From an uncultured delta proteobacterium (lineage in GTDB: Bacteria > Myxococcota_A > Polyangia > Polyangiales > Polyangiaceae), in the NCBI GenBank assembly GCA_963841435.1, contig CAWJCS010000006.1, forward strand, positions 1,248,001 to 1,312,000: a stretch of 64,000 nucleotides of DNA, given 5' to 3'. The translations under genes and the position numbers were made by a program. Of this stretch, positions 31,155 through 41,306 are shown in pieces. Every line of letters begins with the position of its first letter. Within the stretch, counting starts at the first letter, position 1. The notes beneath the pieces are model-generated. The model made no database searches and was not told the origin of the DNA. It worked only from the letters and a program-made list of their open reading frames with translations.

Positions 31155-33437
31155 TCAACGAGCTGGGAACAACGCTTCGGGCGGCGTGAGCGCCCGAAGC
31201 TCGTCGCGAAGTTTCGGCCGGAGCTCGTCGAGCCCCACGAGGAACGACGCGTTCATCCAGCCGAATCCTTCTTCGGCAATGTACGAAAAGTCGGTGTTCA
31301 CGTTGCCGTACTCCTGAAACACGGCGTGGCTCCTGCGCTCCACGTCGTACTTCTCCGGCACCGTGCCGTGGTAGTCGGCGGCGTTCTTCACGATCGTGTA
31401 GAGCCACCGATACGCGAGCCGCTCGGCGTCGTCGGCGAAGCCCGCTCTACGCAGGCCTTCCCACGCGAGCATCTGATGGGGGGCCCAGCCGTTCGGCGCC
31501 TCCCATTGCCGGCCGGGCGCGATGCGCTCGACGCCGCCTGCCGACGTGCGCCGCCACACCGCGGGCAGCTCGACGCGCGCGAGCGAGCTCGGAGCCGTTG
31601 CCTCGAGGCCGCCCGGTGCCTCGAGCTCGGCGAGCGCGCGGTCGCGAAGCGTGCGGGCCATGTCGCCGCTCACGAGGGAAGCGTCGCAGGCGCTCTTCGT
31701 CGAGGCAAAGAGCGGGTAGAGCGTCGTGGCCGCGACGTAGCCCGAGCGGCGCTTCGCCCTCGCGTCGTAGTCGAAAAAGAGCCCTCGCTCCGGATCCCAG
31801 AGGTACTTTTTTACGAGGCGCGCGCGCGCCTGGGCGCGGCGGCAGAGCGCCGCCGTCGTTTCCTGCTCGAAGCGGCCGCCGAATTCTTGGGCAACGAGCG
31901 TCGCGAGATCCGTCTCGATCTTGAAGAGCAGGGCGTTGAGGTCCACCGTCGCGTAGTCGGCGCAGTGCTCGCTGCCGCCTGAAAACCAGCGAAACGTCGT
32001 GTCGTGGCCGGACTCGCGCACGCAGCGATCGTTGGAGAAGAAGGCGTCGATGGCCGCGTCCCGCAACTGTCCGCTCCGGTACGCCTCGGCGACGCCCGCC
32101 GCGCAGGCGACGAAGGCGCCCCGTTCGTCGGGCCCGGGTCCCGGCGCTTTGCAGTGCGCGTGAGCGACGGCGTGTGCCTGATAAAACCAATCGAACGCGC
32201 CCGGCTCGACCTCGGGGGGCTCGCCGCGGCCCTCGCCGAAGTAGCGCGCGAGGCAAACGTCGCCCTCGCAGGGTGAAAATCGCCGCGGCGGCTTCGACCA
32301 CACCTCGCGATACTCGCGCAGCGCGGCGTCAAGGTTCTGGGTGAGCCACGCTCGCCCCGCCTCGTCGTGGGGCATGCGCTGCCACACGCGTCGCAGCATC
32401 GAAGTGAAGAACGGCGGCTGCGAGCGCGTGAGGTAGTAGGTGCGGTTGGCGTTCAGGATCTTGCCGTAGCGTTCGATCTCGTAGGCGTGGTTTTCGACCA
32501 TCGAGCGCGCGAGCTCGAGGCGTGCGGGATCCTCGAGCAGCCCCCACGTGATGAAGAAGCTGTCCCAGCCGTACATCTCGTTGAAGCGTCCGCCCGGCAC
32601 GACGAACGGGCGGCCCACGCCGTCGGGTCCAAGGGCGAGCGTCAAGAGGCCGTGCTCGTGGCGCTGGGTCCGCGCCGCCACCCAGGCGGGCGTGACGTGC
32701 TCGGGCAGCGGGAGGACCGCGATTTGGCCGGGCACGGCCGCGTGCTCGAAGACCTCGCGCGCGGCGTCGTCGCTCTTTGGGTAGTAGACGTAGAGCGTGC
32801 GCGCCTTCGCGTTGGCCTGCGCAGGCTCGGTCGGTGCGTCGCCGCAGTGGGCCGCGAGCTCGGGGCAGAGCTCCTCGTCGTCGTGCGAGGAGTCGTCGAG
32901 CTTCTCGTCGCTGGCCGCGCGAGCAAGTCCCTTCGGATCGGCGTCGATGCGCCGCGTGAGCGCGTCCCAGAAGGCGGAGCGCACGCGCCCCTCGAGATAG
33001 CTCACGGGATCGGCGTGCACGCGCGAAAGATCGAGAGCGACGCGCGGCTCCTGGGCCTTCAGCCTCCGAACGAGCTCCGTGACGAGCTGCGCGGCCTCGT
33101 TGCGCGCGCCGAGCGTGATGGTTTGGCCCTCGACCTCGACGGCGAAGGGGAAAGCCGGTGCAGAGCGGGCGGGAAGGCGCTTTTCGTCGTCGATGGTGAT
33201 GCGGCGGTCGCAATCGCGATCCCGCTCGGCGAGCACCTGACAGAGCAGCACGCGCGCCGGCTCGCGCGAGAGCTCGAGCGTCCCGGTCGCTTCGCGTGCC
33301 CGAGCGACCACGGGCGCCGCCGGCGCGCTCGCGATCGAAAGGGGCGTGGCGGGCCGGCTCGGCTTTTCGCAGGCCGCGCCCGCGAGCGCCAGGAGCGCGA
33401 GCGGACCGAGCGCCCGGGCGCCCGTCGCGGGCCTCAT
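31155..33437 (-). CDS. Alpha,alpha-trehalase (GH37), lipoprotein, with Ca-binding-like loop
   Basis: VVPGGRFNEMYGWDSFF, ILNANRTYYLTRSQPPFF, RESGHDT, VDLNALL, WEAPNGWAPHQ, EKYDV and EGFGWMNASF. Lipobox LAGAAC; ATGA coupling with the upstream gene. Confidence 0.93.
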   Translation of the reverse strand: MRPATGARALGPLALLALAGAACEKPSRPATPLSIASAPAAPVVARAREATGTLELSREPARVLLCQVLAERDRDCDRRITIDDEKRLPARSAPAFPFAVEVEGQTITLGARNEAAQLVTELVRRLKAQEPRVALDLSRVHADPVSYLEGRVRSAFWDALTRRIDADPKGLARAASDEKLDDSSHDDEELCPELAAHCGDAPTEPAQANAKARTLYVYYPKSDDAAREVFEHAAVPGQIAVLPLPEHVTPAWVAARTQRHEHGLLTLALGPDGVGRPFVVPGGRFNEMYGWDSFFITWGLLEDPARLELARSMVENHAYEIERYGKILNANRTYYLTRSQPPFFTSMLRRVWQRMPHDEAGRAWLTQNLDAALREYREVWSKPPRRFSPCEGDVCLARYFGEGRGEPPEVEPGAFDWFYQAHAVAHAHCKAPGPGPDERGAFVACAAGVAEAYRSGQLRDAAIDAFFSNDRCVRESGHDTTFRWFSGGSEHCADYATVDLNALLFKIETDLATLVAQEFGGRFEQETTAALCRRAQARARLVKKYLWDPERGLFFDYDARAKRRSGYVAATTLYPLFASTKSACDASLVSGDMARTLRDRALAELEAPGGLEATAPSSLARVELPAVWRRTSAGGVERIAPGRQWEAPNGWAPHQMLAWEGLRRAGFADDAERLAYRWLYTIVKNAADYHGTVPEKYDVERRSHAVFQEYGNVNTDFSYIAEEGFGWMNASFLVGLDELRPKLRDELRALTPPEALFPAR

Positions 33438-35677
33438 CGCAAGAACTCCACTCGGGGCGCCTCGGCGCCGCGCTCGAGCGCGACCGCGCCCGACACCGGT
33501 GCGCCGCCGACGAGCGCGTGCGACCAGCCGCGCTCGACGCGCACGCGGAGCCGCGTCCCCGCCAGGTCGACGCCGTCGAGTGTGAAGCAAAGGGCGCGAA
33601 ATGGCCTGAGATGAATGAAACGCTCGTCGAGCGTCAGCCCCAGCATGCGGATCAGGTACTCCCACGACGAGGTGTAGCGAGGGTAGGGGGGGAACCTCGG
33701 TGTGTCCTTGCCCCACGTCTCGAGCAAGACGACGCGGCCGTCAGCGTCAACCGCCCGATTCCATTCACCGACGGCGAGGTGGTTCGAGCCGAGGCTTTTT
33801 TCCACCGACTCGAACACGGCGAGGCTTCGGAGCTCGTCGCCGGTGGTACCGAGCAGGGACGCGAGATCGAGCTGGGCGCCGAGCCAGAACGTGCGCGCGT
33901 GGTAACCGGAGACGCGATCGACTTTTTGCCCCGGGAGCATACCGTTGACCCAGCCTCGAAAACCGCTCGGCGCATCGGTGCGTTCGTTGTTCTCGTAGAT
34001 GGTGGTCAGCGTGCGCGCGATCGACGCTTCCGGGAGCACCCCGATGCTCGACGGATCGATCGCCAGCACCCAACGCCCGAACAGCTGATCGGTGAAGATG
34101 GTGTCGGAAAGGCTGGCGTCCGAGGCGCCGGGGGTGCGGAAAAAGCAGCGAAAGTGGCTGCCGCCCTGCTCGGTGAACAGCCGTTCGACCAGGCTCGCCG
34201 AGACCTTCGCGCCGAGCTCGGCGACCGACATCTCACCCACCGAGGCAGGCCGCCCGAGCGTCGTCGCCATGCGTTCGAGCGCGTGCAGCGCGTAGCGCCA
34301 GGCGACGTTCACGTAGGCGCTCGCCCCGGGCATCATCCATTCGTCGTAGCTCTGATTGCCACGCTCGGATACGAGCAACCCCTCGAAGGCGTTGCGGCGA
34401 TAGGCGGTGTTCGCGGCGGCGACCGCGTGGTCGAAGCTCGACGCCAGCCAGTCGCGGTCGTTGAACCAAAGGTGCGCGCGGAACAGCCGCTCGACGTAGG
34501 TGGGCTCTTCGGCGTAGTGCGCGGCATCGGTCCACAGCGAGTGCCAGACGAAGCCGACCTGCTCGCCGTCGGTCGCGATGGCATCGCGGTACATGTCGAG
34601 GTCCAGCCGCTCGAGCTCCGGCCAATTCACGAGGTACACCCAGTTCGCGTACACCGCGACGTCCATGGTGTTGACCCACTCGTGTGGCGATTCGACGGCG
34701 AAAAAATAGGGGTCGTCGCTCAGCAGCGTGCAGGAAACCACCGACGAAAGGCTCGAAAACCAGAGCCGCTTCATGGCCGAGGGCACCCCGTACGAGGCGT
34801 GCCACGCATCGATGCCCGCGGACCACGCGTCGGCGTGGTGCCTCGCGTGCGCGAGCACGGCGTGGACGCCGGCGAAGCGGCGCGCGTAGTCCCGCCGATA
34901 CGTCGCCGTGGCGCACGGTGACGGCGTGCGAAACTCCGGACAGTACCAGGCCACGAGGAAGCGCACGCTCTTGGTCTCCCCCGGCGCGAGCGTCACGCGG
35001 TGGCACACGGCATTTTTGCTGGCAGCACCGCCGGGCGCCGCGAGCCCGACCTCGCCCCCGCGCCACGCCAGCGCGAGCGCGTCCTCGCGCACGGCTCCAG
35101 CGACGACCGACGCCAGGCGCGCTTCGCAGGTGCGCCGGCTCTTGCCGCGGTTCTCGAGGGTCAGCTCGAACACCTGCGCCGGCACCGAGGCGCTCGCGAG
35201 GTCGTGCGGCAAGAGGCCGGAAAAGGCCGTCATGACGACGCCGAGCTCGAGCCCGCTCGCCTCGAAGCGAAAGTACGCCTTCGGCAGCAGGGCGTAGGCA
35301 AACACGCGCTCGCAGTGGCGGCGCCCCTCGGCGTGGGCCGGATCGTCGGCGAAATGCTCGGCGAGCGCGACGCGGTCCTCGCCTTCGACGATTTCGAAAC
35401 CGAACGGCGCGGGATCGGCGGGCTCGGTGAAACCCGGCCCAGGCGCGGGCGGTCCGTCGAATGTTGCGCGCTGGAAACCATGGCGGCCGAAGAGCGAGAA
35501 GCCGCTGCCGAGCGTTCCGATCGGCACGCCCTCGGTGTGGCTCACGTCGATGATGGCGGCATCGAGCGCCGCGCGGCGCATCGCTTCGTCGGCAACGAGC
35601 AACGAAAGCGTTGTCGACGACGGCGTCACCGTGCTGCTTTCGGGATCGGGAAGAGCGTCGGGAGCCACGGGTCCCAC
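33434..35677 (-). CDS. GH116-like glycoside hydrolase
   Basis: GVPIGTLGSG N-terminal motif, LPHDLASASVP, FAVES..NTMDV..Y, WPELE, NQSYDEWMM.GASAY and FTDQLFGRW. Start uncertain. Confidence 0.75.
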   Translation of the reverse strand: MGPVAPDALPDPESSTVTPSSTTLSLLVADEAMRRAALDAAIIDVSHTEGVPIGTLGSGFSLFGRHGFQRATFDGPPAPGPGFTEPADPAPFGFEIVEGEDRVALAEHFADDPAHAEGRRHCERVFAYALLPKAYFRFEASGLELGVVMTAFSGLLPHDLASASVPAQVFELTLENRGKSRRTCEARLASVVAGAVREDALALAWRGGEVGLAAPGGAASKNAVCHRVTLAPGETKSVRFLVAWYCPEFRTPSPCATATYRRDYARRFAGVHAVLAHARHHADAWSAGIDAWHASYGVPSAMKRLWFSSLSSVVSCTLLSDDPYFFAVESPHEWVNTMDVAVYANWVYLVNWPELERLDLDMYRDAIATDGEQVGFVWHSLWTDAAHYAEEPTYVERLFRAHLWFNDRDWLASSFDHAVAAANTAYRRNAFEGLLVSERGNQSYDEWMMPGASAYVNVAWRYALHALERMATTLGRPASVGEMSVAELGAKVSASLVERLFTEQGGSHFRCFFRTPGASDASLSDTIFTDQLFGRWVLAIDPSSIGVLPEASIARTLTTIYENNERTDAPSGFRGWVNGMLPGQKVDRVSGYHARTFWLGAQLDLASLLGTTGDELRSLAVFESVEKSLGSNHLAVGEWNRAVDADGRVVLLETWGKDTPRFPPYPRYTSSWEYLIRMLGLTLDERFIHLRPFRALCFTLDGVDLAGTRLRVRVERGWSHALVGGAPVSGAVALERGAEAPRVEFLR

Positions 35678-35877
35678 GATAGTAGGAGCTACAACGATCC
35701 GTCAACCGACTCGCGTGCTGACGGTCCGCGCGGGCGCGTCGGCATCATGTCACGACGCGGCCCGCGAGCCGGCCCCGGGATTTCCGTTGTCGCTGAAACG
35801 ATGGGCAATTGTCCGCGTTCGATGACGCGCTGGAGGTATCGTGCGAGCGTCGCGCGGCAGGGGAGCGCGACGGAACC

Positions 35878-38646
35878 ATGACCCAGAAGCCGCTCAAACC
35901 CAAGGCCGCACCGCGGACGAAGCCGCGCGCCGCCGAGCCCATCCGCCGCAACCGTAGCGCGACCCCCGTGCCCGCCGAGGCGCGCCTCCGCCGTCCGCCG
36001 TCCGAGGCTCCCAACTACGAAGCCAAGGAGCTTCGCGGCGCGATCCTCGACCACAAGAACCTCAAGGGCGCGCTGTTGCGGGCAGCCGATCTCGGTCGGG
36101 CGGAGCTTCGCGGTGCCGAGCTCGCCGAGGCGGATCTGTCGGGCGCTTGCATCGATTTCGCCGATCTCACGGGCGCCGTGCTCGACGGAGCGAACCTCTC
36201 GCAGGCCTCTCTCATTCAGGCGCGCGTCGACGAGACCCGCCTGCGTGGCGCCGACCTCAGCTCCGCCAACGCCGCCGAGGCGAGCTTCGCGCGTGCCGAT
36301 CTCACGCGAGCGGATCTCAGCGCGGCGAGCCTGCGCGGCGCATCGTTCGAGGACGCCGTCGTGTGCAGTGCGGATCTGCGCGGTGCCGATTTTTCGCGCG
36401 CAAACCTGCTCCGCGCCGATCTCAGGGGCGCCTTCTACGACCGGGAGACCCGCTGGCCCGAGGGGTTCGATCTGGGCCCCGCGGGGCTGGTCTTCAGTCC
36501 GGAGGAGAAGCTCAACGTCACGCTCACGTCGTTCCGTCCGGGGCAGCCCTACCCGCTGGGCGCGACGTGGGACGGCGCGGGCGTCAACTTCGCCCTGCAC
36601 GCGCCCGGCGCAACGCACGTCAACCTCTGTCTGTTCGATCGAGCGGACGCCCCGCAGGCCACGGCCCGTATCCGCCTGCCAGAGCAAACCGACGGCATCT
36701 GGCACATCTACGTGCCGCATCTCGCGCCGGGCCAGCTCTACGCTTACCGGGTCTACGGCCCGTACAAGCCGGAACGTGGCCTGCGCTTCAATCCGAACAA
36801 GCTGCTGCTCGACCCGTACGCCAAGGCGCTCACGGGCTCCGTCACGTGGGACGACGCGCTCTTCGGCTACCGAATCGGCGCGCCCGAAGGGGACCTCGCG
36901 TTCGACTCGCGCAACAGCGCAGTGTTCATGCCCAAGTGCGTCGTCATCGACGGCGCGTTTCCGTGGGGCGCGGACCGCCCCCCGCGCACGCCGCTCAGCC
37001 AGTCGATCCTCTACGAGCTGCACGTCAAAGGCTTCACCAAGCTCTGCCCCGGCATTCCCGAGGAGATGCGCGGCACCTACCGCGCGCTCGGTTCGAGCTT
37101 CGTCATCGACTACCTGAAGCGGCTGGGCATCACCGCCGTGGAGCTCTTGCCCGTGCACCAGCACGTCGACGATCGCTTCCTCGTCGAGCGGGGGCTCGCG
37201 AACTACTGGGGCTACAACACGCTCTCGTATTTCGCGCCGAACACGCGCTACCGCCACGGCGGCACGCCGGGCAGTGAGGTGCACGAGTTCAAGGCGATGG
37301 TGAAAGCGCTTCACGCCGCGGGCATCGAGGTCATCCTCAACGTCGTGTACAACCACACGGCCGAGGGCAGCCACCTTGGCCCGACGCTCGCCTACCGTGG
37401 CGCCGACAATCTGGGCTACTACCGCACCGTGCCCGGCGACCCGCGCCACTACATGGATTACACGGGCTGTGGCAACACGCTGAACGTTCTGAGCTCGCGC
37501 GCGCTGCAGCTCATCATGGATTCCCTTCGCTACTGGATCCTCGACATGCACGTCAACGGCTTCCGCTTCGACCTCGCGGCGGCGCTCGTGCGCGGCCAGA
37601 ACGAATCCGATCGCCCTTCCGCCTTCTTCGACATCATCACGCAAGATCCCGTGATTTCCGACGTGAAGCTCATCGCCGAGCCGTGGGATCTCGGCCCCGG
37701 GGGCTACCAGGTCGGCAAGTTCCCGCACCTCTGGTCGGAATGGAACGGCCGCTATCGCAACGTCGTGCGCCGTTTCTGGAAGGGCGACGAGGCGCAGGTC
37801 GGCGAGCTCGCCTACCGGCTCTCGGGCTCGAGCGACCTCTACGGCCACAGCGGCCGGCGACCCTACGCCAGCGTGAACTTCGTGACGTCGCACGACGGCT
37901 TCACGCTCGCGGATCTGGTCTCCCACGATCACAAGCACAACGAGCGGAACCAGGACGGCAACCGCGACGGCGACGACAACAATCACTCCTGGAACTGCGG
38001 CGCCGAGGGTCCGACCGACGATCCCGAGGTGAGGTCGTTGCGAAAGCGTCAGGTGAAAAACCTGCTGGCCACGCTGTTGCTCTCCCAGGGCGTGCCCATG
38101 ATCCTCGCGGGTGACGAGTGTGGCCGCACCCAGCAGGGCAACAACAACGCGTACTGCCAGGACAACGAGCTCTCCTGGCTCGACTGGTCGCTCGACGACG
38201 AGCGGCGCTCGCTGCTCGAGTTCGCGCAAAAGCTCGTCGCCATCCGCAAGGCGCACCCGAGCCTCCGACGGCGCCGTTTCTTCTTCGGCCGGCGCGTGCA
38301 CGGGGCCGACATCCGCGACATCGTTTGGCTGCAGCCGAACGGCGAGGAGATGAGCGCGCTCGAGTGGAGCGCCGGCTACGTGCGCTGTCTGGGCGTGCTC
38401 CTGAACGGCGAGGCGATGCACGAGTGGGGGGACGACGGCAGCCTCGTTCGTGACACGCCGCTCCTCGTGCTTTTCAATGCCCACCACGAGTCGATCCCAT
38501 TTTCGGTGCCGGTCTGCGGCGAGCACACGCGCTGGCGCCTCCTCGCCGACACCACGCTCGAGAAGGCAGACCAAAACGCCACGGTCAACAGTGCCGAGCG
38601 CTACCCGCTCGGCGGGCGCTCGCTCGTGATCCTGGAGGCCTGCTGA
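35878..38646 (+). CDS. glgX: Glycogen debranching enzyme (GlgX/TreX isoamylase) with N-terminal pentapeptide-repeat domain
   Basis: A(D/N/E)LxxA repeats at ~36030-36440, then PGQPYPLGATWDG, KLLLDPYAK, YELHVKGFT, NYWGYNT, YNHTAEG, GFRFDLA, IAEPWD, HDGFTL and QGNNNAYCQDNE. Confidence 0.95.
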   Translation: MTQKPLKPKAAPRTKPRAAEPIRRNRSATPVPAEARLRRPPSEAPNYEAKELRGAILDHKNLKGALLRAADLGRAELRGAELAEADLSGACIDFADLTGAVLDGANLSQASLIQARVDETRLRGADLSSANAAEASFARADLTRADLSAASLRGASFEDAVVCSADLRGADFSRANLLRADLRGAFYDRETRWPEGFDLGPAGLVFSPEEKLNVTLTSFRPGQPYPLGATWDGAGVNFALHAPGATHVNLCLFDRADAPQATARIRLPEQTDGIWHIYVPHLAPGQLYAYRVYGPYKPERGLRFNPNKLLLDPYAKALTGSVTWDDALFGYRIGAPEGDLAFDSRNSAVFMPKCVVIDGAFPWGADRPPRTPLSQSILYELHVKGFTKLCPGIPEEMRGTYRALGSSFVIDYLKRLGITAVELLPVHQHVDDRFLVERGLANYWGYNTLSYFAPNTRYRHGGTPGSEVHEFKAMVKALHAAGIEVILNVVYNHTAEGSHLGPTLAYRGADNLGYYRTVPGDPRHYMDYTGCGNTLNVLSSRALQLIMDSLRYWILDMHVNGFRFDLAAALVRGQNESDRPSAFFDIITQDPVISDVKLIAEPWDLGPGGYQVGKFPHLWSEWNGRYRNVVRRFWKGDEAQVGELAYRLSGSSDLYGHSGRRPYASVNFVTSHDGFTLADLVSHDHKHNERNQDGNRDGDDNNHSWNCGAEGPTDDPEVRSLRKRQVKNLLATLLLSQGVPMILAGDECGRTQQGNNNAYCQDNELSWLDWSLDDERRSLLEFAQKLVAIRKAHPSLRRRRFFFGRRVHGADIRDIVWLQPNGEEMSALEWSAGYVRCLGVLLNGEAMHEWGDDGSLVRDTPLLVLFNAHHESIPFSVPVCGEHTRWRLLADTTLEKADQNATVNSAERYPLGGRSLVILEAC

Positions 38647-38648
38647 GG

Positions 38649-41306
38649 ATGTCGAAGCCGAGCCGCCGCGCAACCTACCGGGTGCAGCTCGAGCCGACCT
38701 TCGGCTTCCACTCGCTCGCGGGTATCGCCGACTACCTCGAGGGTCTCGGCGTGAGCCATGCGTTTCTTTCGCCCGTGCTGCAGGCGGTGCCGGGCAGCCG
38801 GCATGGCTACGACGTAGTAGACCACCGCGAGGTGAGCCGTGACCTCGGGGGGGCGGACGGTCACGCTCGCATGTGCCAGGCGCTCGCAGCGCAGGGCCTC
38901 GCCCAGCTGCTCGACATCGTCCCGAACCACATGGCGATCGACGAGCACAACCACGCCTGGTGGGACGTGCTCGAGAATGGACAATCGAGCCGTTTTTCTG
39001 CCTATTTCGACGTTGACTGGTCGTCCGCCGAGGAACGACTACGCGACAAGGTGCTCTTGCCGATCCTGGGCAACCACTTCGGGCGCGTGCTCGAGGCCGG
39101 CGAGATCCGCGTGCTCCGCGACGGGGCGGCGTTCGTCGTGGCCTACTTCAATCATCGCGTGCCGGTGGCGCCGCGCTCGCTCGGCGAGCTGCTTGGCGCC
39201 GCGGCGCACCGCTCGGGCTCCGACGAGCTCGCGTACATCGCGGAGGCGTTCGAGCGCCTACCGCTGCCGAGCATCATGGACACGGAGAGCCGCGAGCGTC
39301 GCCACCGTGATCGCGGCGTGCTCGTCGAGCTGTTGCGTCGCTTGCTCGCGAGGGATTCAGCGGTCGCCGAGGCCGTGGACGCCGCCGTCGCGGAGCTCAA
39401 CAACGACGACGACGCGCTCGACGACTTCCTCGGCCGGCAGAATTTCCGGCTCGCGTACTGGCGCGCCGGCTCGCAGGACCTCGGCTACCGGCGCTTCTTC
39501 GACGTCGACGGGCTCGTGGCGCTCAAAATGGAGGATCCGGCCGTGTTCCGCGAGAGCCATCGGCTCGTGCTCGGCTGGCTCACGGAGGGGCTCATCGACG
39601 GGCTGCGCATCGATCATCCCGACGGCCTGCGCGATCCAGAAGCCTATTTCGAGCGCCTGCGCGAGGTGCGGCCCGACGCCTGGGTCGTCGCCGAGAAGAT
39701 CCTCGAGCCGGGTGAGCGCCTGCGTCGCTCGTGGCGCGTCGAGGGCACGACGGGCTACGATTTTCTGAACGTCGCGCTGCGCGTCCTCGTCAATCCCGAG
39801 AGCGAGCCCGCGTTTACGGAGCTCTACCAGGGCTTCACGGGCGACAAGACGGCCTACGAGGAGCATGTGCTCGCGGCCAAGGAGCTCGTCACGCGCGACT
39901 TGCTCGGCAGCGACCTCAACCGCTTGACGACGCTCTTTCTCGGCGCCTGCGAGGGCAGGCGGCGCTTCCGCGACTTCACGCGCCACGACGTGCAGGAGGT
40001 GCTCCGCGAAACGCTGCTGCATTTCCCGGTGTATCGCTCGTACTGTCGCCCCCAGCCCACGACGCTCGACAACGTCGATCTCTTGTGGATCGCCGAGGCA
40101 ATCGGCAGGGGACGCGACCGGCGCCCCGATCTCGATCCGGAGCTGTTCGGGTTTCTCGAGAGCATCCTCACGCTGAGGGTGCGCGGCGAGCTCGAAGGGG
40201 AGATCGTGGGGCGCTTCCAGCAGCTCTCCGCGCCGGTCATGGCCAAGGGCGTCGAGGACACCGTCTTTTACCGGTATTTGCGCTTCGCGGTTCTCAACGA
40301 GGTCGGTGGGACGCCGGACCGCTTCGGCGCGCCGCTCGACGACTTTCACGCGTTCGCGGCGCGCATCGGTCGTGACTGGCCCGAGACCCTGCTCGCGACC
40401 TCGACGCACGACACCAAGCGCAGCGAGGACGTGCGCGCTCGCCTGGCGGTCCTCGCCGACGCGCCCGACACCTGGGTGAGGGCCGTGGAGACGTGGTCGG
40501 CCCGGCTCCGCGCCATCGGGGCGCCGAGCGAGGTGCGCTCGATGGAGTATCTCTTCTACCAAACGCTCGTCGGCGCGTACCCCATCGAGCGGGCGCGGGT
40601 CGAAGCGTACCTCCGCAAGGCGATGCGTGAGGCGAAGGTCGAGACGAGCTGGACCCGCGTCAACGACGCGTACGAGGAGCTCGTGCTCGACCTCGTGGCG
40701 CGCGCGCTCCGTGACGCGGAATTCCTGGCCTCCGTCGAGAGCTTTCTCCCCCCCATCGTCGCGGCGGGGCGCATCAACAGCCTCGCGCAGACGCTGCTCA
40801 AGCTCACGGCCCCTGGCGTGCCCGACATCTACCAGGGCAGCGAGGTCTGGGATCTTTCGCTCGTCGATCCCGACAACCGGCGGCCCGTCAACTATGCGGA
40901 GCGCCGGCGGCTGCTCGCCGAGGTGCTCGTGGCGAGCCCCGAAGCAGCGCTCGCCGGCATGGACCGCGGCCTGCCGAAGCTCTTCGTGCTCCGGCGTGCG
41001 CTGCTACTGCGCAAGCAATGTCCCGAGCTCCTCTCTGGCGACGCGAGCTACGAGCCGCTCCTCGCCGACGGTGAGCACGCGGGGCACGTGCTCGCCTTCG
41101 TGCGCGCCGAGCAGGTGATCACCGTCGTGCCGCGCTTCGGCCTTGCGCGCCGCGGCGCCGAGCTCGACGCGAGCCTCACTTTGCCCTCCGGCACGTGGAT
41201 CGACGCCTTCACCGGCGCCGAGCACGCCGCCGGGCGACGTCCGGTGTCGCGCCTGCTCGAACGCTTTCCCGTCGCGCTCCTCGTCCGTGACGGAGGTGGC
41301 GCGTGA
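38649..41306 (+). CDS. treY: Malto-oligosyltrehalose synthase
   Basis: ATYRVQ, GSRHGYDVVD, DIVPNHMA, YRRFFDV, GLRIDHPDGL, VAEKIL, MAKGVEDTVFYRY, STHDTKRSED and PGVPDIYQG. Confidence 0.97.
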   Translation: MSKPSRRATYRVQLEPTFGFHSLAGIADYLEGLGVSHAFLSPVLQAVPGSRHGYDVVDHREVSRDLGGADGHARMCQALAAQGLAQLLDIVPNHMAIDEHNHAWWDVLENGQSSRFSAYFDVDWSSAEERLRDKVLLPILGNHFGRVLEAGEIRVLRDGAAFVVAYFNHRVPVAPRSLGELLGAAAHRSGSDELAYIAEAFERLPLPSIMDTESRERRHRDRGVLVELLRRLLARDSAVAEAVDAAVAELNNDDDALDDFLGRQNFRLAYWRAGSQDLGYRRFFDVDGLVALKMEDPAVFRESHRLVLGWLTEGLIDGLRIDHPDGLRDPEAYFERLREVRPDAWVVAEKILEPGERLRRSWRVEGTTGYDFLNVALRVLVNPESEPAFTELYQGFTGDKTAYEEHVLAAKELVTRDLLGSDLNRLTTLFLGACEGRRRFRDFTRHDVQEVLRETLLHFPVYRSYCRPQPTTLDNVDLLWIAEAIGRGRDRRPDLDPELFGFLESILTLRVRGELEGEIVGRFQQLSAPVMAKGVEDTVFYRYLRFAVLNEVGGTPDRFGAPLDDFHAFAARIGRDWPETLLATSTHDTKRSEDVRARLAVLADAPDTWVRAVETWSARLRAIGAPSEVRSMEYLFYQTLVGAYPIERARVEAYLRKAMREAKVETSWTRVNDAYEELVLDLVARALRDAEFLASVESFLPPIVAAGRINSLAQTLLKLTAPGVPDIYQGSEVWDLSLVDPDNRRPVNYAERRRLLAEVLVASPEAALAGMDRGLPKLFVLRRALLLRKQCPELLSGDASYEPLLADGEHAGHVLAFVRAEQVITVVPRFGLARRGAELDASLTLPSGTWIDAFTGAEHAAGRRPVSRLLERFPVALLVRDGGGA

